DNA from: Girardia tigrina
Taxonomy: Eukaryota
Length of the DNA: 51,407 nucleotides
Assembly (NCBI GenBank): GCA_001938485.1
Contig: MQRK01239951.1
Span: 41,287-92,693 of the forward strand
Direction of reading: 5' to 3'
The position numbers were made by a program, and so were the translations under genes. The notes below the pieces were generated by a model. The model made no database searches. It was not told the origin of the DNA and saw only the letters and a program-made list of their open reading frames with translations. Below, piece by piece: positions 26,456 to 38,153 of the stretch. The stretch's first letter is position 1. Every line of letters starts with the position of its first letter.

Positions 26456-27981
26456 TTAAAGTCTGATATATTTCTAATTTCTATTTTAAAGCAATGATTG
26501 TTAGAATGTATCTTACCAAAAATAAATATTATTATCTTAGATATTAATAAATATATATTATCTGATACTCGGTTCACGTTTTTACTTTCTTTCGAAATTC
26601 GATACAGAAGGTCATATTAAAAACATTGGCTCATACTTCCCAAAAAGTTATTTTATTAAAAAAAATCAAATCATAATTTTGTATTTACATATTACACTTC
26701 AACGATGTCGATTGGATACCAACTTTTGCATATTTTCATTGACAACATTACCAAATGATGCTTCAGTAGTAGATTGAAAATTATGATCATATCGTATTTC
26801 TAGCAAAATCTCTTACATTACTAACGGTAGTATTTAACTTTCTTTTCTCGAAGATATCCACAATCACGTGCAAAAGGAAAGTATGGACAATAAAAAATTA
26901 GGAATTATCAAATTGAACATTTTTCGAAAATCACTACTATTTCAATATCTCTACATCTACTTTATATCTCGAGTTACTCTTGTATTTTTCTTTCAAAATT
27001 TTTCGTGTCAGTTTAAAGTATGGGTTTGAGTATAATTTAAGTTGTCATTGTCACCTAGAAGAGTGAGACTCAATTGTAATTGTTTAAACACCAAAACCTT
27101 AACAATATAAATATATTGGACATTTAATTAATTTTGTATCAGATAAATTAAATTTGAAGCCCTATATTTAAAATTGAGGTTATCGCGACTTATTAATTAA
27201 TTTCAATTTATTAAGTGTTTCTATTTCTGAATTATCTATTTTTGTCATAAAACAAAATTATTTTGATTTAAGTCATAATAAAACTTCGTTTTACGTCAGT
27301 GATATTTTGTACTTAAGTATAAGTTATTTTTTTCGTAATACAAATTTATTTTGAATTTTTAATCATCAATATGAAAAATATTTTAAATTATGTAAGAATG
27401 TGGTATATTGTTTTTAGTGTGTTGAAATTGGAATAATTCCAATCACAATTATTGTGACTCTTCAGAAAAGAGTTATTCATCTCACAGATGACTCTAATTG
27501 TAATGATAATAAATGTTTTAATAACAACTGTATCAGTGCTCTTAACAATCAAAAAATGATACAAGCAATTTAACTTTGTTTTTTTTTAAATAATGTATAT
27601 CTCAGATTTACATATAATTGCAAAATATTTATTATATTGTATTTAATAATAATCATCAGATTAAGAAGTAAGATTGTAACGCTTTATTCGGTGCAAGAAA
27701 CTATTTGATAATATTTTAATTGTGTTTTTTATCCCCAAGCTTCAAAATAACTTTATTATTTGAAATGTTTTTAAAATAATTATTAATTTTCAGTGATCTG
27801 GGTTTCGGTTTTTATATTAAATTTAATCTTGGTAAACATTGCATTTTTATTACTACATAATTTTATTGCTGTTACAACATGATAAATCATCATTTTTGAA
27901 TCAAAATCGATAGGTTATTAATTATTCTGTTAAAAGGTAATGAAAATATAATAAATAAATAAATACAAAGATTAGAAGACA

Positions 27982-27983
<2 letters not shown>

Positions 27984-28020
<37 letters not shown>

Positions 28021-28669
28021 NNNNNNNNNNNNNNNNNNNNNNNNNNNNNNNNNNNNNNNNNNNNNNNNNNNNNNNNNNNNNNNNNNNNNNNNNNNNNNNN
28101 NNNNNNNNNNNNNNNNNNNNNNNNNNNNNNNNNNNNNNNNNNNNNNNNNNNNNNNNNNNNNNNNNNNNNNNNNNNNNNNNNNNNNNNNNNNNNNNNNNNN
28201 NNNNNNNNNNNNNNNNNNNNNNNNNNNNNNNNNNNNNNNNNNNNNNNNNNNNNNNNNNNNNNNNNNNNNNNNNNNNNNNNNNNNNNNNNNNNNNNNNNNN
28301 NNNNNNNNNNNNNNNNNNNNNNNNNNNNNNNNNNNNNNNNNNNNNNNNNNNNNNNNNNNNNNNNNNNNNNNNNNNNNNNNNNNNNNNNNNNNNNNNNNNN
28401 NNNNNNNNNNNNNNNNNNNNNNNNNNNNNNNNNNNNNNNNNNNNNNNNNNNNNNNNNNNNNNNNNNNNNNNNNNNNNNNNNNNNNNNNNNNNNNNNNNNN
28501 NNNNNNNNNNNNNNNNNNNNNNNNNNNNNNNNNNNNNNNNNNNNNNNNNNNNNNNNNNNNNNNNNNNNNNNNNNNNNNNNNNNNNNNNNNNNNNNNNNNN
28601 NNNNNNNNNNNNNNNNNNNNNNNNNNNNNNNNNNNNNNNNNNNNNNNNNNNNNNNNNNNNNNNNNNNNN

Positions 28670-28702
<33 letters not shown>
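27984..28702. repeat. (TA)n microsatellite spanning an assembly gap
   Basis: TA runs on both sides of the N-run; same pattern at 32044-32158. Confidence 0.8.
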
Positions 28703-28705
<3 letters not shown>

Positions 28706-29228
28706 TAGAACTTCGTTATAACGGACCTTCGGTTAGTACGTACGAATATTTTAATCCTGCCAAACCATGCTACATTCAATTTAATATTTTTCGTATATTA
28801 CGGACTCTGTTATATGGGACTTTCGGTTATAACAAACCAATTCGCAAGTCCGCTGAAAAAATAAACCTGTTAGTACGGATGTTGCTTTGTATGTGTATGT
28901 ATGTATTTTTATAAGATGTAAAATCATAAATAATTTTTTTATCTTTCCGTCTCCATAATAAATTTTACATTTGAATGCAAAGAATTCATATAATTTAAAA
29001 ATGCAGAAATCGTAATTTCCTCACGATCTCTTTATTTAAATGATTATTTTTCGCAAAATTTAATAATAAAGAACATAAATGCTCATCTACTTTTAATGGG
29101 AGCATTTTACCATTTTTTCTAAATTTCTCAATTTTCTCAAATTGAAAACATTCATTTTATTAATATAATCAAAATAATTCAATACAACCAACCCATTTCC
29201 CATATCGAAATCACCAATATTTATCTTT

Positions 29229-29289
29229 TTGAAAATATTTATTAATTTCGACGATTTAACCGTCACCGTCAGAACAAATGATTTTTCAA
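29229..29289 (-). ncRNA. Mirror hammerhead copy with core mutation CUGACGG
   Basis: Reverse complement of 30075-30135 except A to G at the last CUGANGA position. Confidence 0.6.
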
Positions 29290-30074
29290 ACGAAATTTAC
29301 TTATACAGTGCAGTTAATGATTATGTAATCAATACGTAATCAGTACATCATTTAAAAACTCTCAACAAAGTTGTAGAGAGTGCAGTTTGAACGTTAATTT
29401 TAGGATCCAAAGATCTTATATGATAACGGATATTCAAAATCGATAGTGGAGAAATTAACAAAAGAAACTATTGATAAATTAATTGACAAAAAAAGTAATA
29501 CTAAACTTTTAGATGTTCAAGATCAAGAGCAATCTTGCAGCAATAATGATAAAAGTTTGGGAATTGGTTATGTGTTAACTGTNNNNNNNNNNNNNNNNNN
29601 NNNNNNNNNNNNNNNNNNNNNNNNNNNNNNNNNNNNNNNNNNNNNNNNNNNNNNNNNNNNNNNNNNNNNNNNNNNNNNNNNNNNNNNNNNNNNNNNNNNN
29701 NNNNNNNNNNNNNNNNNNNNNNNNNNNNNNNNNNNNNNNNNNNNNNNNNNNNNNNNNNGCCACATACATTGGAGAGACTTCACGTCATCTCTGTAAGAGA
29801 ATCCAGGAACACAGTCGCAATGAAGGTGGAAGTAACATTGCAGGACATAGAAGACAATGTAAAGGAGATATAAATTCCAACACTTTAAAATTCTGTGCAC
29901 TCAATTTAAAAATTATTGGGAGAGTGACATGTGAAGCGTTATATATTAGATTTTTGGATCCTAAAATTAACGTTCAAACTGCACTCTCTACAACTTTGTT
30001 GAGAGTTTTTAAATGATGTACTGATTACGTATTGAATACATAATCATTAACTGCACTATATAAGTAAATTTCGT

Positions 30075-30135
30075 TTGAAAAATCATTTGTTCTGACGATG
30101 ACGGTTAAATCGTCGAAATTAATAAATATTTTCAA
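30075..30135 (+). ncRNA. Minimal type I hammerhead ribozyme (Penelope-associated)
   Basis: ttgaaaa.tgtt-CTGACGA-t-GACG(gttaaat)CGTC-GAA-ATTAAT-A^aata-ttttcaa: intact core, stem II, palindromic stem III, AUA cleavage triplet, stem I. Confidence 0.75.
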
Positions 30136-33100
30136 TTGGCTTTCGAATTTTGATTTTAATAATCTGCCAATTTTATTTCAATTTATTCATATTTATCTTT
30201 TTATTCAATTTTTTTTCAAATAATACTTTTTAAAATTAGATATTCTTTATTACTTTAATTTTCATTTTGTTTTAAATATTTATTTGTACTGTTAAAAAGA
30301 ACGTAATTTAAATTTTAAAATGTAATTTAATTAAATTAATCAATTTCAGTATTACAAATTTGTTTGCTCTATTATTTTATTCTTGTTGGTATTCATGCAA
30401 TGAGTGAAAATCACAAGCGAACTTCATTTACTTTAGAGACACAAAATCAGATTATTCATGAAATTGAGTCGGAAAAAACAATCTGCTGTTTCACTAAGTC
30501 TAAAGTTCTCCAAGCAAACGGTTAATTCAATTTGGTAAGATCGTGTCAGACTACGCCATGTCTATGAGTCAAACTACTACATTGACAGCAAAAGAATGTG
30601 CACTGCTATGTTTGATGATGTTAAGGCAAGCACGAATGATTTCAGTGTAATAGATGGCTGACTGGACAGATTCAAAACTCACCATAATATTGTGTTTCGT
30701 GATATTTGTGGAGAAGCAGCAGTAGTTAATGAAAATGTTGTCACAACCTGAACTTCAACTCACCTACCAGTTCTTCTTTCCTGTTTTGCACCCTGCGATG
30801 TAGTCAACGCTGATGAAACTGGGTTATTCTTCCGTTTACTTCTAGACAAGACTGTCTTTTAAGGGCGACGCATGTCATGGTGGTAAGCAAAGTAAAGTAT
30901 TACTGTTATTGTGTGTGCAAATAGAGACTGTTCCTAAAAGTTTCCGTTGTTGATGATTGGGAAATACGAGCGTCCTAGATGCTTTAAGAATTTCAAAACA
31001 CTTTCAGTGCCATACACGTTTAACAAGAAAGCCTGGATGACATCCCAAATATCTAAAGACTGGGTTCCCAAGTTAGACAAAAAGTTTACAAGTCAACCCC
31101 GCTAAGTCTTGGTCATCGTTGCTAATTGCCCAGCACATCCAAAAATAATCAACCTCAATGCAGGAACCTTAGCATTCCTCCCAAAAAATGCAACATTCTG
31201 TCTGCAGCCATGTGACATTGGTATTATCAAGAATTTCAAGGTCAAATATCGTCAACTGATTTCTAAACGTGTGATCGACAGTATTGAAGGAAATCACTCT
31301 TGTCAGATTAATATTCTGGATACCATGAACATGCTTCAATTAGTTTGGAAAGATGTTACTCCAAAGGCAATTATACTACTGTTTTCGTCACACTGACAAC
31401 ACATCATTATAAACTCTCCGTGATACAGACGATGAAACCAATGCTGATGATATTCCAATGATGCGTCTCTTTACAGACAGTATAAAATTTCTTGAATTTG
31501 CTATGGTTGATGACAACATTTATGTTTGGGATCTACCAAGAGACAGTGATATTCTGAGTGGCATTTTGGTAATGCAAAATTCTAAAGCCGTGACTGAAAA
31601 CGTTGATGAGGAAGAGAGCTCGATGGATGATGAGCAAGGTGCTGCTTCCATTTCAACTGTAAGTGATGTCATGTAAGCTATTTCAACTTTACGTACTTTT
31701 ATGCTTGGTGCGTGTCATAGTGATACTACTCAGTAAAATCTTCTTTCTATAGAATCGTTTGACTTGCAAGGATGTTTGTGAAAAGTGCAGTCGAAGGTAA
31801 CAGACTTTTTTAAACCAAAGCAGAAATTTTAAATCTTAGGTAACTGAAGTGTAATATTGTTGTACGTACATACGGTAACTTTTTGGAACGTGATTTTTTT
31901 GGAAATGTGATGTCAGTTAATAAAGTTTTTTATTTTATATTTAATATTTTATTTAACAAAATTGACGATTTACGTTTATAACGGACCTTGGTTAGTACGG
32001 ACATTTTTTACGGTCTAATGAAGTCCGTACTAACGAAGTTCTGTATATATATATATATATATANNNNNNNNNNNNNNNNNNNNNNNNNNNNNNNNNNNNN
32101 NNNNNNNNNNNNNNNNNNNNNNNNNNNNNNNNNNNNNNNNNNNNNATATATATATATATTAATTTTTTTTGAAAAATAGTTTTGATAAAGCTCTTTGAAG
32201 AAATTAATTATTAAATATGCTTCACCAATTATAATTAATGTTTGTTTTTTATGTTAGTTTTAGAAAAAGTTAATTTTAAGAGAATTATTTTTTTACATAT
32301 TTTAATTATTTAAGATATTATTGGATAATAATGGTAAAATATTTTAAAAATTTAATTCAAGATTTTAAGATTTGAAACGGCTTTATTTTGACCATTCTAA
32401 ATGTTTTTAATGTGTTTCTTATCAATAATGGATTCACAGAACTGCTTCTCATAATGTGAATCAAAGCCCTTTTGTAAAACAGAAAAGTCATCATTTGAAA
32501 CAGAAGAGATTCTATTTTAAATATAAATACTTCTGAATATTTAACTTTGTAATTTTAATGTTCAATCTTTCCTCCTTGTTTAATTTATCAGTGACAAAGT
32601 TTCTACTGTTTTAATTGTGCTTCAAAAATAATATTGAGTAATAAAAATATAAATCTAGAAGGTTTCATTACATAACGAATAGCATCATAGTTTGTGAAAA
32701 ACAAACATAACAAAAATAATCTTCTTTCAAATATTTACTTGTTAATCAGTTAAACTCAATAATGCTATGAAAATATGATGTAAATATTTATTTTATAATA
32801 AAAATGTTAAGATATTATTGCTTTTCAAAAAATTAGTAGACAATTATCATTTGATTTGTACCTCAAACCTCCAAATTTGACCCAAAACATCGTCAATCTG
32901 GAATGTATTCTCTCAGAAATTTCATGTTGAAGATTGAAACTGTCTGTTTTTCTTTTTCGATAATTTCTAGTTTTCTAAAACTATTTTTGTTTTTCTCTTG
33001 ACCATCATTTTTTTATTTTATTACAAGAAGAATATGAAATTAGTTACTTATACTGAATGTACAAGATTATTTTTGAGATTAAAGACGATTGAACACTTTA

Positions 33101-33509
33101 ATCTAATGTGTATGAAAATCGTGGTTTGTTTTTTTCTTCTTTTCAACAAGTTAAATCATATTTATTTGTGATGGTAATAAAATACAGTATTAATAAGAAT
33201 TTTACGAAATAATTCTTTAACAATTTTTTATTCAAAAGTGTTAGGTCAAAGGAATTTTTTAGAAAATGAAACTCATCCTTTTTAAAATATATTATTTTTA
33301 TGTACTTCGACATATCAACCGTTCTCCTTAGTTCATTGAAATATTTGTGATTAATCTGTGTATAATGTACAAATGATTGTTCATGAATTTCTGCACTTAT
33401 CTTTATAAATTTTTTTTAAGATAAGTTTTAAAATATATATTATAATTTTTAAAAGATTGTAAAAATGTATTTTTTTTATGTTTATTATTTTAAAAAAATG
33501 AAGTTCCGA

Positions 33510-33830
33510 ATCATGGAGATGCATTCAAAAAAACTGTAAGGGTCGACTAAGATTACTTATTAATGGTGAAAGAGAAGTGATAGCTAAAAATTCACATGGA
33601 CCGAGTCCAGCTATAAATGAAGCATTGCAGAGTGTCCATTGTACATACCATACGAGAACTAGCTTTGAGTACTGTTGAAAAGCCTAGACAAATATATCAA
33701 AGAGCGAAAAATGGTGTTTTTCTAGAAGCAGCAGTTTTCTTTCCGGCTTATATTCAATTTAAAACTAAATATTTTGTCGGAGCCCTATTATCGGTTGGCG
33801 CTTTATCGGGGCCCTTTTATCGGCTCACCG
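33510..33830 (+). pseudogene. Mutator-like fragment with FLYWCH-type zinc finger and TE end
   Basis: WRCIQKNCKGRL...NSHGP; TIRELALSTVEKPRQIY; followed by ttatcgg repeats ending ..CACCG. Confidence 0.6.
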
Positions 33831-33989
33831 TTAGAATTCCCCGTTCTTTTCGTTAAGGGTATCGGCATTTACACACAATATCATATTAGTATTCAAAGTT
33901 CAGTTTAATATTTTTTTTCAAAAAAATATACATGGATTACATCCTGGGCATCTCAAACAATAGAGTTTGATTCATCTGGAATTTTTCAC

Positions 33990-34250
33990 TCAATTGACCC
34001 GCGTTTAGACTCTGACAGATTCAGTCTGAGATGGATTTCATCTTGCATGATGGTTTTACTCAGGAATGCCTCACAATGCTTTTGAAAAGAAAAGTTTCCA
34101 TAAGAGCACTCCAGCTTCTTCTCACATATCTCTGATGAAAAAAGCCCGAAACATATGTAGATGCCAGCTTTCTCACTTCCAATTTATGCAGATTTACTTG
34201 TATGGTTCTTTGACTCAACTTCATAACATCAACCAATGCTGATGTTGTGA
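33990..34250 (-). pseudogene. Degenerate mariner transposase fragment
   Basis: LSQRTIQVNLHKLEVRKLASTYV (resembles RKLxARWVP) and TIMQDE. Confidence 0.45.
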
Positions 34251-35310
34251 TTCTAGACTTTTCTGGTTGTAAAGATTCGCAATTTTCTTTTATTCTGACA
34301 AAACTTTCACATGGATGCCTAGTCCTGTGGTCATCAAAAACTGACTATATCCCTTGTTTAAACAGTAATGAAGAGTCTTCCTTTTTTTCTCTAATTGGTA
34401 ATAAATGTGGTTATTCGGGACATACTTAACCAGAAAGTTTTATAAATCAGTGATATTCCACTGCATCAATCATTACTTGCTCCAAATTTCAAAATCTCGC
34501 AAATATGAAAATAAATTGTAATAATTAAATAAACTATAGAATTGAATCTATAATACTATGTCGGTCAAATTAATTTTACCAAGCTAGAAAATATAAAAAG
34601 CAACTACTGAGTTCAAATATTACGAATTGTTCAATAATGAGTATGACCACCCTTCATGGCATGCAATTATCGAACGCCATGTTTGAAAATTTTAGCGTGG
34701 CTTTTACTTGTTTATTATTTATTTTTTTATATTTTCAATAAAAATGAATCAAGATACTTCGAGTTTTCACTATTATTAACTTATATTTGAAAATAAATTC
34801 TTTTATTTTTATATTCACTATCAAGCAATCATTGTATTGCGTTCTTTTTCAATTCTTTTCATTAGCTTACTTTCTATATATATACATGGGATTTAGAAAC
34901 CTATTTTTGAATGCTTTTTACTCAATCGATTTTCTTCAAACTTTGCGTATTTACTCATTCTCGATGACAATAAATGATTATGTGAAAATTTGATCACAAA
35001 AAACTTTTTAAGATCCCAAAATGGGAAAAACGGAAAATTCGGAATTCCAGAACAATATTAATTTCAAGATGTCTACTTATAAATTATAAGTTGTTTATAT
35101 TAATTTTTAATGTGTTTTTAATTAAAATTTTTTAAATTTTAAAAAATTTGTTGGTAAAGTAGAGTTCTTTCTGCATAAAGAATGTATATAAAAAATTTAA
35201 TTTTTTTATTTACTAGTTAAATGTTTATGTTATCATTATTCATACAAATAACATTTATTGGATTTATATTATTATTTCATGAAAATCATTTATAATCAAT
35301 TTCTTCGTAG

Positions 35311-35579
35311 GAGACATCTCTAAAAGTGGTAATGATAGCAAAGTTTCCAGACTAACTAGACAACAACAAAGTATGGACTTTAAATCAGTGGAAAATCTGC
35401 ACATAATTACTCTGAAAGTTAGCAGTAACAGAACATTATCATCGTCTTCAGAAAGTTCTGAAGATAAATTTAAAAGTCCTTCAGATATAAATGAAATTTG
35501 GCGTGAACAAATGAATGGATTTAAGAGAATTCGACATCAGCATAAAAAATATCTTCAGCAGTTGGAAGAAAAAAATCAA
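35311..35579 (+). CDS. TAO: TAO kinase exon (start of coiled coil)
   Basis: ttcgtag|GA GAC...AAT CAA|gtaaca. WREQMNGFKRIRHQHKKYLQQLEEK resembles TAO [24 protein letters not shown]. Confidence 0.9.
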
Positions 35580-35834
35580 GTAACACATTATTTATAATTC
35601 TAATTTGGTGAGAGTTTCAAAATAAATTTATCTTTTATTAATTAATTAATTTTATAACACTATTAAAATAAAGAATTTATTTTTGTAAAAATCTCCAGTT
35701 CTAGAAGTAGTTAATGCGTTAATAAGAAAAGCCGCAAATTTCTTAATGACTTCGCTCTTAAAAATATATTAACATTTTATAAATATGGAAAAATGATGAA
35801 AAATCAATAAAATAAATCAAGATATCATTTTTTT

Positions 35835-35960
35835 AAAAAAATTATTTAATCGATTGTCCATTGTCATCGTCAGAATAAATTAACATTAGTTTTAGAAAGA
35901 GATGATTGTGCAGTTAACAGTTTCATCAGGCTATATTTGAAAATATTTAGTCAAGAATGG
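35835..35960 (-). repeat. Degenerate Penelope pseudo-LTR / hammerhead remnant
   Basis: ttaactgcac ..34 nt.. ttCTGACGAtgac, the same layout as element 2 (35 nt); GAAA half decayed. Confidence 0.5.
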
Positions 35961-36016
35961 GAATTTTTATTTTTTTAAAATGTGGAAATATATTAAAATA
36001 TTTTTATTAATGAATA

Positions 36017-37259
36017 CAGCCGAACCCCGATTTAACGAATCCCATATTAACGAAAACCCTGATTTAATGAAAGAATAGTGAAGCCCCTGCCGAAACCCCG
36101 TACATTGTATGTATATAAGCTCCCGCTTTAACGAACCCCATTTTAACGAAAACCTCGATTTAACGAACGTTTATCACATTTTACAAAATCAAAACCCTGC
36201 CTTACCGAAAATTTACCTATGATACACTTGGTCTTTTTAATTTTATCGATGCAGCGAGATCTCCAGTACAATATGCTAGTAGTAACAAAGCTTGGATGAA
36301 TCGCTCTCTTTGGAATGAGTGGCTTACTAAATTCGATCAGCAAATGACACGAAAAAATCGCAAGATTTTACTAATTGTCGACAATGTCTCAAGCCACTCT
36401 GCGCCGCCGCTTTCAACTATTGAATTGGTTTTCCTTCCACGTAATACTACGTCACTTAGTCAGCCTTGCGATCAAGGAATTATTTCAGCTTTTAAGATGC
36501 ACTATAGAAGCTCCCTGGTGAAGTGCCTTCTTCTTCATATTGAATTAAAGAAATCATGGGCAGAATTCCGAGTCAATATTTGGATATTATTTATCTGGCA
36601 GGAAAAGCATGGGAAAGTGACAGTACAGTCACTGTCGCTAATTGTTTTCGAAAGGTGGGATTTCAACAATAAATAATCATTGTTCCTGTAGAATTTACTG
36701 AACCACGGGAAAATTTGGTTGAAATGCAGGTCATCTGGGAAGTTCTAAGCAAGATTTTGGTTCCACGTTCAGTTTAACATCATATATGGAAGAATTTGTT
36801 AACATCGATGAAGATATTACGACGGAAGGAATTCTTACTGATGAAGAGATTCTTAAACAAGCTCGAAGTGAGAATAACGAAGGAGAATATGAAACAAATG
36901 AGTCTCTCTAACCACAAGCAGTATAACAATCTGAAGCAATTGCTGGTCTCTCTGATTCGTCAGTATTGCAATGAACGCGGAATATCCGGAAAAATTTCAG
37001 TCGTAGATTTAGAAGCCACTCTGGCGAGATCTGCCTTAAGTCGACGATGTCAAACCACACTGGATGGTTTTTTGTGTTTTGATTAACGAAATGTTTTTCA
37101 ATAAAGTACATGAATTTTTATTCTTTAAATTTTTAAAATGAAAAGTAAATAAAATTTGGGATGGATAGGCCATTACAGTCAAACCCCGCTTTAAGGAAAC
37201 CCCATTTTAACGAATATTTTCTCGATCATAGTGTTTTCCGTTAAACCCGGGGTTGACTG
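36017..37259 (+). mobile_element. Internally deleted Tigger/pogo element
   Basis: TA|CAGCCGAACCCCG...CGGGGTTGACTG|TA; KAWMN..KILLIVDNVSSH..FLPRNTTSLSQPCDQGIISAFKMHYR; QTTLDGF; N-terminus absent. Confidence 0.9.
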
Positions 37260-38153
37260 TATTAGTTTAAAATGTTTTTAACGAGTATTTGTTTGAATAT
37301 TTTTATATGTTAACAAATTTTGTTTTCAAAATAAGTTGATTATCTCAAATTTACAAAGATATTACAAAGAAATTTAATTCAATCGGTTTTAAAAATTTAG
37401 ATAAAATTAATAATTTTTTAATAGTTTAAAATTTAAAACTGTAATTTAAAATGCAAATCATTTTGGTACAATAACTCATTTGAACATCCAAAATACCAAT
37501 TCTCCATCTGGATGAGCGAAACACATTTCTAAATACCAAATTAAAAATATTCCTCACAACTATATTTATAAAAGAGATAATAACAACAAACCAAATATTT
37601 TTTTGGATTTAGATCTAAACATACCATGAATTTCTAACATCAGCATCAAATATGTGCGATCGTAGTATATACACTATTAGCAACATCACTTTTTGCGTGA
37701 AAACATTTATTAAAAACACAAACAGACTCATTTTCAGCTGCATAATCTGCGGAAAGTATCGTTATTGATTAATATGTTTTTTGTATCTATATTCAAATCT
37801 TTGATTTAATTATTGAGATAAAAATAATTTTAACTTTTAATTTCTCAAAATTTTATTGGATAAAAATGCATTAAGTAAATTTTAAAATAAACATTAGTTT
37901 TAAATTAAAATAAATTCAATAAGTTACAATCGTTTTATTAAAAAATATTATTAAAATTTATAATTATAGAATTTTTTAATTAATTAGTATTTAAACATTA
38001 ATTTCATTAAATTAGTCTCATTAGATTTAAATAATTAATCAATAAAATATCGATCCCATCTGAGTAGGAGAGTCACCAATCTAAACTTCATGCAAACAAA
38101 AAACTTACAACATTCTCAGAATTGATTTTTCTTTAGTTTGCTCATTTAATGTT

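Larger units (their letters stand above)
29229..30188 (+). mobile_element. Penelope-like element 2 (5'-truncated, inverted pseudo-LTRs) nested in the Tigger
   Basis: 183-bp inverted repeat 29229-29411 / 29953-30135; NGYSKSIVEKLTKETIDKL; ATYIGETSRHL; flanking 14-bp direct repeat ATATTTATCTTTTT at 29217-29230 and 30189-30202. Confidence 0.9.
28703..32043 (+). mobile_element. Tigger/pogo DNA transposon with decayed transposase (~30400-31830), inserted in (TA)n
   Basis: TA|CAGTAGAACTTCGTT...AACGAAGTTCTG|TA; MSENHKRTSFTLE (HTH), VVNADETGLFF, KKAWMT, LQPCDIGIIKNFKVKYR, C-terminal QSKVTDFF PIP-like box. Confidence 0.9.

Noticed and set aside
27982-28779. Long ORFs across N-runs (also 29568-29900, 31988-32179, 49821-50330)
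   Set aside because: Artefacts of assembly gaps and (TA)n.
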